Source of the DNA: Octopus bimaculoides
Taxonomy: Eukaryota
Assembly (NCBI RefSeq): GCF_001194135.2
Contig: NC_068999.1
Coordinates: forward strand, 15,896,878 to 15,960,877
DNA length: 64,000 bases
Direction of reading: 5' to 3'
Under the pieces are notes generated by a model, which ran no database searches, was not told the origin of the DNA, and was given only the letters and a program-made list of their open reading frames with translations. Shown here in pieces: positions 51,721-64,000 of this stretch (positions are counted from its first letter, which is position 1; every line of letters starts with the position of its first letter). The translations under genes and the position numbers were made by a program.

Positions 51721-53099
51721 ATTCTCATTTCTTCTCTTCCACAACCTAACCGAACATCTTTAAATCTTATATTTTCCGCATAGCAACTAATACCAGCGTT
51801 GATACACAAAGCGACTGAGTACCTAAAACACGTATTTGAACAAAGCGATGAATATATATACGAATATTGACTTACTTTTTCCCCTTTATTTAACAAAGAA
51901 AAACACAAAAAAACAATCGATTCAACCATCTGCGGCTTTGTTCATAAATCTAAAGACGGTCCAATTACAATAGATCCCATATTTACATAGTATACTGAAT
52001 TGATAGTCAATTAAATCAAATGTAATATTTTTCATGCACTTATTTTAACAATTATGTCTGCATTAAGTCGTCAAAAGGAAATAGCGAATAACATTCATTT
52101 AGTTCAACGTTGTAGACTATATACTTCTCTATCATTTTATTTACGTAAATATAATATATTGATAATTAAATACTAAAGCGCTTCTCAAAACGAATTGTTT
52201 ATTCAAGGTTTTGCAACTGAGACACGATAATACAGTCTGGATTATTTTCTAAAGAGTCCTGTCGCAAAACTATTCGCTTACTGAAGTCTGCGTCTGTCAC
52301 AAAATTCTAATAAAAATAACATATGACAATATTGTGACATAAAACAAAACAAAAACGTATATATGCTTCATCCAGTTGTTTATATTATCTGATATCTCCT
52401 AGGAAAGCCATTCATCATAACAAGGCAAACATTGAGTAAACTTACAAGTAAAGGCAAAATGGTGTACAGAATAACTATACATACATACACACATACATAC
52501 ATACGTACATACGTTCGTTCATACATACATCCATATATACATACAGATACATATATACATACGTACGTAAGTACATAAATACATATATGCATACACACAT
52601 ACATACATACATACATACATACATGCATACATACACAATGTGTCCTCGTCATGTTATTTTCATTCGTAGTAGTATTAGTATTATATATATAGTATGTGCT
52701 CTTTTTTTTTCATGTTAGATGTGTATGACTGTCTTTGTTTTGTATTTATCGTTATTTTTTTCTTCTTTAAATTTAGTTTTCAGAAAGATTTACAGTAAGG
52801 AACGTTATATATCTCAATTATAGTATATCGCATTATTTCTTTATTTGATTTGATTTGATTTTCTTTCGTTTCTTGGTAGATGACTGATATAATAGGATTA
52901 TCTTCCTGAGTGAATGACAAAATGAATAGAATAATTTTGTTAAATTAACTGACTGATTGTTCGAGGTTTCATTATTATATTGAGGTAAAAGCACCCATTT
53001 ATTACTAAAACAAACACGGTCTGACTTATTGATTTTGAAATGTCTGTTAGCGGAACGGAGCTTTCTTGAATAAAATAATACAAGCAACGAAAATAGCAC

Positions 53100-53137
53100 T
53101 AATAATAATAGTAATAATAATAATAGTAATAATAATA

Positions 53138-53231
<94 letters not shown>

Positions 53232-53246
53232 TAATAATAATAATAA
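53100..53246. repeat. (AAT)n microsatellite, ~49 units
   Basis: Seen directly. Confidence 0.98.
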
Positions 53247-54991
53247 GGCCGATCATGATAACAGCAGTAATAACATCAGTTTCAACAAAAGACATTGATA
53301 TATATCTATGAACACACACAAACAAATATATATATATTACATTTACGCACATATATATGCATGGATATGTATATAAACGTGTGTGTATACGGATATATAT
53401 ACATATACATACATACCCACACACACACATATATACATATACNNNNNNNNNNNNNNNNNNNNNNNNNNNNNNNNNNNNNNNNNNNNNNNNNNNNNNNNNN
53501 NNNNNNNNNNNNNNNNNNNNNNNNNNNNNNNNNNNNNNNNNNNNNNNNNNNNNNNNNNNNNNNNNNNNNNNNNNNNNNNNNNNNNNNNNNNNNNNNNNNN
53601 NNNNNNNNNNNNNNNNNNNNNNNNNNNNNNNNNNNNNNNNNNNNNNNNNNNNNNNNNNNNNNTATATATATATATATATATATTCAAACATATAAAAGAG
53701 TAAGTTTTCTTGTTATTGTTGCTGGTTGCTGTTGACTTTTGTCTATTTTAGTATTTGCGTTGGGACTTCACATATTCTGTCTGCTGGTTTTCTCTTTCCA
53801 AACAGAAGGCAAGCATAAGAAAAATGTAAAAAGAAAGTGAAACCTCAACCTCAACCATCCACCTCCTCCACTCCATACTACCTATAGAACAGTTAAATGC
53901 ACGAGTGAGGTAGTACTGGCAGCAGCAGAGGAAATTATTGTGTTCACTTTATAGGCTATTAGTTAGTCTCTTTCGAAAACTTTCTTTAAGCATCAGTAGT
54001 ATTTATTTAAATCGATCGTTGGAAAATTTAGTTCAACAGCAGAAAGAAGAGAAACGTCTTAATTCTACCATTCCCAATCGTTTACCACAATGCAAATAAT
54101 ATACAGACGTAGTCGAAAAGAACAAATTTGTAACATAAAGCAGAAACAGTTATATCATTCAATTTGCTTGAACATAAACAGCCATGATGAAACACACATA
54201 CGTATTCAAATTTATTTCTATAGATATGATGAGAGCTAATTTTAAATATGTGTATGTATGCGTATGTGCGCATGTGCGTGCTTGAGTATGAATATGATTT
54301 AACCAATTTGCTTGAGATATATTTAACAACATATTTTTACATCAAAATTGAAAAATGAAAATATATTAAAATTAAAGAGCTCATTACGAAGAAGCAGATG
54401 CTATGTTTAGTCTACGGTGGAACAAATGAAGCAACGAAATACCTAATTTGAGACTAAAGACACGCCCTCTCAGTCCACGTTTTGTTATAATTTTTTATCA
54501 ATTCTTTATTGTTCGATTTAATTGTATCTTTGTCATAGATTTTTATGTTGCTAAAGTTTTCAAAATATAACAAAGTTGATATTCCTTCTACCCCCAATTA
54601 ATATGGTAAAAAATATTCCACTAATATCTTTGAGCCACGTAAATACAATGATCGTAGTATTGGCAGAAATACTTTAGAAGAAATATGTTATTACTTTGTA
54701 TTTATGAAGAGAGGAATGGTTCTTTACAAATTATACAAAGAAAGAGATATACACAGGTGCACACAAACCCACACATGTATACATAAATCCACATTTATAC
54801 TTATATAGATATACGTATGTGTATGTGTTCATGAAAATACGCATATATGTATATGTATGTGTGTGCACATACGTATGTACACCCACGATTGCATTTATCT
54901 ATCGATGTATCTATCTATTGATGTAAATACATATATAAATATATGTATAAATGTATGTATATATATATATATATATAAACACACAGATATT

Positions 54992-55041
<50 letters not shown>

Positions 55042-58000
55042 TATGTATATATATACACATATATACATATATACATACACACGCACACACACACACACAN
55101 NNNNNNNNNNNNNNNNNNNNNNNNNNNNNNNNNNNNNNNNNNNNNNNNNNNNNNNNNNNNNNNNNNNNNNNNNNNATATATAAAAATAAATATATATATA
55201 TATATATATATAGATAGATAGATAGATAGATATAGATATAGATATATATACTTATATACGTATATATGCACACACATACACACAAGTGTCTGTGTGGGCA
55301 TATGCGTATATGTGTGTGGGGTGTCTTTATTAATGACTCAGTAGTGGGCATATTGTATTTGTGAAAAAAATATGTGCTTGAGCATAAGACCATATGCATA
55401 ATTAAAATCATAAAACAAATAAAAGAATGTGATAATGGAATACAATGGTTATATATTGCAACTGTCTTATGAATAAATATTCATGGTGAAACTAACATAT
55501 GTTCAAGTACCTTTATAAATACATTCATATTTTCATATACACACATACACTAATCCATGCACCCACTACACACACACACACGTGTGTGTGTGTGTGTGTT
55601 TCCGAAACTGGTATGCTTTGTGAAACAATGGAAAATTATATGGAAAAAAAAAAAGAATTGTGCTCGTAAAGTAAGATGTATCAACTATTCTATCACTAAA
55701 TTTAAATTCCTCATTTTCTCAAATGGTAGGCTAAATAGGTCCAACATAATCATTCCTATGCTTCAATTCCCTAACACAGAAATGCTATTGAATTAAAATC
55801 AAACGAAATTTTATAGAATCTTGAAAGCTATATGAGTGTGTGCATGTACGTATATGCATGATTGTGTGTATGTATACGTGCGTGTGTATGTGTGTGTGTG
55901 TGCGTGTGTAAGTGTTATGCGCGCGCGAGCGGGCATGTGTCTTGGCTTATACTTTGTCCTTAAGCATTAACTAATAAAAATCAAGGGCAACGTTTAGGTG
56001 GTTGGACATTGTTTTAATTTGAAATATATATAATCTGTCCTACATATTTTTCCTGTTGATCAGAATCTTAAAATGATAATTTGAAACTATCAGTTATTTT
56101 GTCAAAATGTACGTTGCGGCGGCCAGGAATATATTTCGAATGTAGCTGCATATAATTTTCCAAGTAATCTTGTGTCTCACTTTTTGGATTTTAAAATTTC
56201 CTTTGAAAATATGTCTGATGAAAAGCTTCAATTCTTTTCCCATTATGTCATGCTATTTATCAGAAGCATATTATATACATAGAAAATGTGAGATATTTGT
56301 AAGGAAATTCCTTGTTATAGAATATCATTCACCTTCCGATAGAATATGAGTTATATTCATTTATTCTACAAGTCTCCTTTCGCTTTCTCTTTTTTTTTTT
56401 TCGCATGGTGAATTATATACTTTTCCGGAATTTTCTATGCGGACGAATCCTTAAAGCCATGTACCAAAAACTTACCTAGTCGGAGACAGGAAAGAATGAG
56501 AGAATGCATATGAATTCAATCATTCAGAGAAATCATTTGAGTAATAGAATCCTTACAATAGTATTATGATGTTACATTTATGGCTCTTTTGATTTATGAT
56601 ATTGATTATTGATCTCTTTTAATCTTATACGCATTCTTCAGATGTGTGTTATTCAATAACGCCCTTAGTATTATTATATCAAATCTGCTATTCAAAGCAT
56701 TGGACAAGAAAAGACTAAAAGGCGCTTTTCAATGAACTTTTGAGTGGCTGCTTGGCTATCGTGAGCACAAAAGACAAAAACATATACAAAAGGGAAAAAA
56801 AGTGATATATAACAACAATCAGTTCTAGAGCTCTTGGCAGCTGACACTGCGTTTGAGTAGTTTCGGCAGTGTCATGCAGTCTTTCTTTCTACATATCAGA
56901 TAATTCCCATTGAATAATTTCTGAAGTCAGAGTAACTGTTACCAAATTTATTCTTTTATGTATCATCGAATCTGTTATACTCTAGTGGTTACTAAGATAG
57001 TGTGTTAATATCTATCATTTTAAATAAAATAATCCGCTGTTGTTTTGTTGTTAGGGTTGCTGCTGTAGATTGTTTCTTCTATATTTTCTGTTCTTTAAGT
57101 CAAATTATTTGACAAACAATAAGAAATGCTTCATTTTTGGTAGATAAAGGAGAAGAAAGAATTATAAAACTTATTGCATAAAATTGAATTATATACAAAG
57201 ACGGTTAATGACCGAACAATATAGAATATGTGTGTGAAAGCATTTCTAAATATATAAAGAAAAGAAAATTGCCGTTGAGAATTGCTTAATATATACTGTG
57301 AGACATGAATTAACATGAATAAGACATATCTATTATAGCATTAATCAGTGAATATCCTGATATAAGTTGAACGCAACTAAACTTCAGATGATGTGGCATT
57401 ACTATATAAGAATATTTACTATGTGCGATAATGTCTCCTACTTTACTTTCCATAGAAAAAATGAATATTTACAGCATTTCATATGAATATTATCTTGTTC
57501 AAATGCCGCCCGTCATAATTGTCTGAGCTGGATAATTATTAGGAAAAAGACGAGGACAATGGGCATTCCATATATTAACTCAGTTTTATGCTGGAGAGAA
57601 ACGCACCGCATTTTATAGGTAAGTAAACATATTAAGCGAAGACGAATAAGAGTTTACATATGCAAAGAGAAATTGGAGATAAACAGAATACAAAATATCC
57701 ATATATAATAAAGTAATTGCTAAGAAATTACTCTCAGCACAAAAGAATTCTAAACTAGCGTGGAACATCGATCATCTTGAAGGAAATTTGAAAGAATATG
57801 AATTTTTTAACAATATTCTTTCTATAGAATTTGTTCGAAGTAGAAAGTTGATGGAAATAGAAAGAAACAATATTCAGAATTATTAAATTCAAACATCACT
57901 ATATTTCAATAAATTTTCTTCGGTAGGACCCAATCAATCGCAATATCAAACTTCCATATAAGGATAGAAATGCTTGCTTTGTAAACAAATGAGTTTTATG

Positions 58001-58092
58001 TATCGGGTGTTGTTTCAAACACGCAATTTACAGAACAATTTCTTTGTGAAATTTTAACAATGAAAGAAACCACATTATAGACAATAACGAAT

Positions 58093-58096
<4 letters not shown>

Positions 58097-58161
<65 letters not shown>

Positions 58162-58176
58162 GTGATGATGATGATG

Positions 58177-58233
<57 letters not shown>

Positions 58234-58249
58234 TTGATGATGATGATGA
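58097..58249. repeat. Compound (AAT)n-(GAT)n microsatellite
   Basis: Seen directly. Confidence 0.98.
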
Positions 58250-58639
58250 CGGTTTTAAGAAAATAATGGATGAGGAAAACAAGTCGTTCTGTGTATTGAT
58301 GAAAATTATGTTAATAAAATGAAACAATATATTATAAAGATGAATTACAATTTAATAAAAATGAATCAATATCAAATACACATGATAGCAATAAGTTAAA
58401 AAGCAAATTATTGACTAAAATATATTTCTTTGAAATAATTTCTACTGATCGCATAATTTATGTAAGGGAGATTTATAACAAAACCGTTTGCTACGTCGTG
58501 TCAACTCCACTCGGTTTTCCTATATTTATTATATGTTTAGTGTATCCCTACTTCAATACTACGCAATGTGAATTTATATGAAACTCAACGCTCACCACAG
58601 GGTCGATATAAACTTCTGTAAGTAATCACATGTTCATGA

Positions 58640-58857
58640 TACTCTTTTACTATTTTACTCTTTTACTTGTTTCAGTCATTTCACTGCGGCCATGCTGGAG
58701 CACCGCCTTTAGTCGAGAAAATCGACCCCGGGACATATTCTTTGGATGCCTAGTACTTATTCTATCGGTCTCCTTTGCCGAACCGCTAGATTACGGGGAC
58801 GTAAACATACCACCATCGGTTGTCAAGCGTTGTTGGGAGACTAACACAGACACACAA

Positions 58858-58898
<41 letters not shown>
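58640..58898 (-). mobile_element. SINE family B 3' half with (AAAGAGTA)n-like tail, running into (CA)n and a gap
   Basis: Well-preserved copy matching 33141-33320 and 61420-61514. Confidence 0.85.
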
Positions 58899-61312
58899 NN
58901 NNNNNNNNNNNNNNNNNNNNNNNNNNNNNNNNNNNNNNNNNNNNNNNNNNNNNNNNNNNNNNNNNNNNNNNNNNNNNNNNNNNNNNNNNNNNNNNNNNNN
59001 NNNNNNNNNNNNNNNNNNNNNNNNNNNNNNNNNNNNNNNNNNNNNNNNNNNNNNNNNNNNNNNNNNNNNNNNNNNNNNNNNNNNNNNNNNNNNNNNNNNN
59101 NNNNNNNNNNNNNNNNNNNNNNNNNNNNNNNNNNNNNNNNNNNNNNNNNNNNNNNNNNNNNNNNNNNNNNNNNNNNNNNNNNNNNNNNNNNNNNNNNNNN
59201 NNNNNNNNNNNNNNNNNNNNNNNNNNNNNNNNNNNNNNNNNNNNNNNNNNNNNNNNNNNNNNNNNNTATATATATAGTAAGATATGTTGTCTCTATGCCA
59301 CAACACTTAAGTTTGATAAATTCCCTGGGATATATATTCACCAAATAATTTATTGCACTTAGTAGATTACCAGAATCTACACTTACCTAATTCACTGGTA
59401 TATGAGCTTGTTCTCTTAAGAGTATTACATTATGTTATATTAATGCAATGTTTCACCTCAGATATTCGATAAATTATGTTTAGCAATGGGTTTATTTTGA
59501 TCTGTTTTAGTACTGGATGAGTTATCCATGATCCACAAGCAGTACCCGTGTGCATAGGAAGACGAAATACACCGATATTTGATATGCAACCACTACAGAA
59601 ACGAAAGCCTCGTGAGGAATCAAAAATACGATTTTGACAAATTCAAGACTGATTCTGGAGTAAAGATATAGTGTTATGTATTTGAAATACGGTGATATGA
59701 TGATAAAAATAGTTGTTTTAAGTAAGAATAGCTAATGTTTTGTTGGCACTACAAGTTGTAGTCTTCTGGTGAGACGTGACCTCTTTCAATCGATTGGTGA
59801 ATCCTCGCTACATCCCTAAAAATACCTAACTGTGAGGCAATGAATTTTGCTTTGAAAAGTTGTATTTGCTCAGAAGTGTTGGATGTCTCGTAAACTAGCC
59901 TCACATTGAAGACGTGTCTGACAAGCACCACTTTCAAGCATATAAAATATCAAGTAGACTAAGATATCTTAGTTCATGAATATATATTTACATTGATGCT
60001 TTGTCTTTCATAGAATAGCTATATATCCCTTAAAGACAGCACACGCGCGCACATACACACACACGTGTGTGCGTAAATCTGTATGTATGTATGTATGTAT
60101 ACACACACACACACAATCACTCCCCACACTTACACATATATATATATATATATATATGCAGACAGACATAATCACATATATAAAGGAAGTAGATAGATAG
60201 AAGATCGACAGCAGTTATGAAAGTAGTATAGCTACAAGAAGAAAGTAGTTCCAATCCTCTCCTACTGATTTAGCCGCCAGGAATATTGCAGAAGTTACGC
60301 ATGTTCTGATTTCAGTCGTTCATGGTAATTATGCATATAAATCCCAATAATTCACTAAAATAAACGTGTGCTAACACGCACACACACATACGTTCATGCT
60401 TCTACACTCACATATATAAAACTAAATGCCATTTATCTCCCAAGTTAATGAACAGCGCTTTGTTTTCAATGATTTTTAACAATTTCCTGTAGATAGTTAG
60501 TTTAATATTGGGTCTTCCTTCCTTCCTGCCTCTATTGCATTTTCATCTTGTTTTAACAAACACTTCCGAAATTTCATTTCATTTTCATTCAATACTTTCT
60601 TAAAATTGCTGTTCAGTATTTTGTTTGCTTTTATTTCATTTTTCGGGCTTTTGAATGTGTTTTATAGTTTATATTTATTTATTCTTCTTTTGATTTTGTA
60701 TTCACCATGACTATTTTGTTTTCCCCTTTCTCCTCCAAGAGAACAGCTAATTAATGTCATGTCATTTATACAATTTTGAAGAAAGAATTATCAATGTTGA
60801 TAGAAACTGGCAAATGGTTCTAGCATATTTCTATAAAATGGCTATGCGGATATTGGTAATTGTCTTTCTTGTCAGCAAAGAAATGTTCTAATAACATGGG
60901 AGACAATATTTCTTCCTCATTCATTTGTTTGAATCCAGTATCGCTCGTTCCATGTCATTATTAAAAGAGTTAATAGAGTGTTCCACAGATAATTATTATA
61001 TTTTACTCCATAAACAATACTTAGAAAATGTTGACGTTCGTGACTATTGTAAATTATAATATTATATTTTACGATAACTCGTACCATATTCGAACTTTCC
61101 CCCTCTCACCTTCTAGGCATCTTTCTTCGATTCTTAGCGTCTCTTTTCACCGTTTCATTACTGTTATATTTCTAGCGTGTGTATGCATGTGAGTATGTGA
61201 GTGTGCAAGTGCTTTGTGTATGTATAAACATACACGCGCACAAACACACTCATGTATGTATATATATATATGTAAACTCACACACACATATGGCGAGATT
61301 GTCCGCTAAGAA

Positions 61313-61514
61313 TGGCAAGTGTCTTCCACCGTAGCCTCAGGCCGACCATATCTTCGTGCGTGGATTTGACAGACAGATTCTATAAGAATCTCTTTTATAT
61401 GTGTAGGTATATATCTTGACAGTGAGTGCTAGTGGGTTTACGTCCCTGTAACTCAGCGGTTCAACAAAAGATATTGATACAATAAGTACTAGGTTTAAAA
61501 TAATAAGCTCTGGG
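61313..61514 (+). mobile_element. SINE family B, diverged copy with head and tail around a short TA/TG core
   Basis: GGCAAGTGTCTTCCACCGTAGCCTCAGGCCGACCA...TTTACGTCCCTGTAACTCAGCGGTTC...AATAAGTACTAGG. Confidence 0.75.
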
Positions 61515-62942
61515 CTGGTCTTCTGGCTGTTAACTTGGCTCCGAGAATCTGTTTTGCAATTCTTTCATTCTAACCACGTGACGTTAGAACTGGCCTATAA
61601 CCTATAAATACGGGAAGATAGCTCAACTCAGATAGACTCCCTATTCTCTTAACTACATACTCTGTTGAGTAGCTTTGATGCAGATTTCATACGAAGAAAA
61701 AAACCATGTCGACATCGGTATTCCCGATCCTGCTCGTTTGGTTATTATTGAACAGTCACAGCCATAGTCTTTTACAAATCTATTCTATTCTTAGGTTCAA
61801 ATGCTACGACTGGCATATTAATATACCACTACCTGCGATTTAAGCATGTGGTTTCTTCGCCTGCTTCCCATTACTGTATATACGACCTCGAGATACCTAA
61901 ACTTTTCTGTTATCGTCTGTGATGTATAACAAAACACGCCTTGATACGCAACTAATTCGGGATCTATGTGTACTTACTAATATGAAATTTTATATACTTT
62001 CTGGAGACAATTAATATTGTGTACTATACCATCGAGTGATATCCTCTCTTCCTGCACTTAGAAGCATGATCCTTGAAGTGGTCAGTAAAGGATATATATG
62101 TAGTTTGTTCTGAAGCTCGTACAAAGGTTGGGGTTATAATTGGAAAGTAATGTAATTCAGCTTGCTATAGACCATGTTCACGTTATTTGCAATTTATTCG
62201 TAAGATACGGTATTTTCTTCATGCTTTTATTCAGCTGCATGCCATGGATACAAACGACTCAAATCGTGACCATCTTTCGTGTATCTTATTGCCACTCATC
62301 CAAAACGAAATCAATATAGTTAACTGTTAACATACAAAATATTAGAACGTTCCTGCTTCCATAGTGTAGAAATTATATTGTTAATTCATCTAGGAGAGTA
62401 TGTTCTCTGGCTAACCCCTGTGAATCAATAACTAATTTCCTTCTCCTGTACTTTGTAGTTAATATCCTACAGGAAGGCAACTATTTATTGAAGCCAAAAA
62501 GCAATATACCTGATGAAAAAGGCGATCATTTATACAAGGATTGTGTATGTTTACAGAACTTCACGTTGTTAATTGTATGCACAATGTATGTATATATGCA
62601 TATATATATATATATATATANNNNNNNNNNNNNNNNNNNNNNNNNNNNNNNNNNNNNNNNNNNNNNNNNNNNNNNNNNNNNNNNNNNNNNNNNNNNNNNN
62701 NNNNNNNNNNNNNNNNNNNNNNNNNNNNNNNNNNNNNNNNNNNNNNNNNNNNNNNNNNNNNNNNNNNNNNNNNNNNNNNNNNNNNNNNNNNNNNNNNNNN
62801 NNNNNNNNNNNNNNNNNNNNNNNNNNNNNNNNNNNNNNNNNNNNNNNNNNNNNNNNNNNNNNNNNNNNNNNNNNNNNNNNNNNNNNNNNNNNNNNNNNNN
62901 NNNNNNNNNNNNNNNNNNNNNNNNNNNNNNNNNNNNNNNNNN

Positions 62943-62980
<38 letters not shown>

Positions 62981-63526
62981 AACATAATATTTACATGTAT
63001 ATATATGTACATATACGTGCATATACATACGCACCCAAACACACACACGTATTTATGTGTGTGTATGTGTGGTACCTCTACGAACGAGTATGCGTCCGTC
63101 TATATGCGTAATTTGTATGTATTCACAGGATGCACCTATTTATAGCTATTTGTCATTATATGAATAATTGTATATACACTTCAATATGCATATTTTACGT
63201 ATGCAACACCGTATTTATATATGTGCGAGCATACAACGGAAGACAGTAAAAGCTGAGTAGACTAAATGTATACACATGTGTGTTTGTGTATAAACGAAGG
63301 TTATACCAAGATAACTTGCGTATACATAGATTTTTTCTTTTACCTATGTCAGCAGTATATCGAGCCGTGATACCGACTCACGTATAGAAATAGAGGAGTG
63401 AAGCAATCAACGTAACTGCATGTAGTTGTTTTTGTGCATGTGTATATGTGTGTACTCTTGTGTGTGTATATGTGTGTTCTCTTGTGTGTGCATTTGTTTG
63501 TGTTGTTGTAATATACATGAATGCAT

Positions 63527-64000
63527 TATTTTCGCCGCCCTACTATTCATGAGAGATCGTAAGTTTTGGTCCACCTCTTTCATTGGTTTCTGTTAAAAGC
63601 AACCGTATTAAAAATCTCTTGTTGGATTTCCAAGCGTGACCAAATGGATCTATGGATTTTATCCAGATATCTCACTCGTTATCCAGTCCCATGTCTCTTG
63701 GTGGTTAGCTTCGACTTCAAGGATATATCTCGTGATCCTTACGAGTGGTATTATAACCACGTTTCTGTTGTGCCGACTTTGTTACATCTAAGTGCGGTAA
63801 CGTAGTGGCTCCACATTGACAGATTCCCTGATTCACGAGCTACATACCCTATTCAGTAACTTTATTCCAGAATCCACACAAGGACACCCTATTTCGGCCT
63901 CGGTTTTCCCGATCGTATTCTTTTGGACACTACACGACATTCATGACCGTAGTCGAGTATTGGTCCGAAAACCGGAATGTAGATGAGAAATTTGACTATT
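63527..64000 (-). pseudogene. RTE-clade LINE ORF 3' relic, continuing beyond the window
   Basis: Minus-strand frames give IYIPVFGPILDYGHECRVVSKRIRS (cf. IY.SIF.PILTYGHE.WVMT.R.RS), S*IRESVNVEPL (cf. SS.IRE.L.VEPL) and YLDKIHRSIWSRLEI (cf. W.DYI..L.W.RLGI), in the correct order. Confidence 0.78.

Noticed and set aside
53806-53904. 99-nt candidate exon with a good acceptor (TTTCCAAACAG) and a GTGAGG donor
   Set aside because: Stop codons occur in all three frames and there is no other support.
55568-55595. 28-bp perfect palindrome (AC)7(GT)7
   Set aside because: Simple juxtaposition of CA and TG microsatellites.
56582-56590. GGCTCTTTT, the first half of a histone 3' stem-loop
   Set aside because: The second arm (CAGAGCC) is absent and there is no histone ORF.
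53047-58327. Poly-Ile, poly-Ser/Leu and poly-Asp/Met ORFs (e.g. 53066-53311, 58028-58327, 14985-15185)
   Set aside because: They are translations of AAT/GAT microsatellites with no splice or domain context.
59530-59940. Possible RTE-like relics on both strands
   Set aside because: Similarity is limited to short low-information words and is not supportable by eye.
61540-62300. Possible minus-strand LINE RT relic (EKFRYLEV, IANNV)
   Set aside because: Only two very degenerate motif-like words, with unconvincing spacing; a TBLASTN/HMM search would be needed.

Overview
This is non-coding, AT-rich eukaryotic DNA from a gapped draft assembly. It has 18 N-gaps, most of them flanked by (TA)n or (CA/TG)n. 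The SINE families and microsatellite load suggest an octopus or other coleoid cephalopod (inference from remembered repeat motifs; no search was run). I find no supportable host protein-coding gene, tRNA, rRNA or CRISPR array. The supplied ORFs are microsatellite translations, run through N-gaps, or are decayed transposon frames. The window is a layered transposon graveyard: several tRNA-type SINE families, mariner/Tc1 transposase relics, a TA-flanked MITE whose empty site is visible in a paralogous repeat, a TTAA-flanked piggyBac-like MITE, and relics of R4/Dong, RTE and probably CR1 LINEs. The most interesting signal is RNA-structural: two unrelated minimal type-I hammerhead-ribozyme-like motifs with variant cores. 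One is at 13700-13736 with all three stems intact. The other is a head-to-head inverted pair forming a ~101-bp palindrome at 37029-37129. Both resemble hammerheads of Penelope-like elements. All family names come from motif recognition by eye and need database confirmation.
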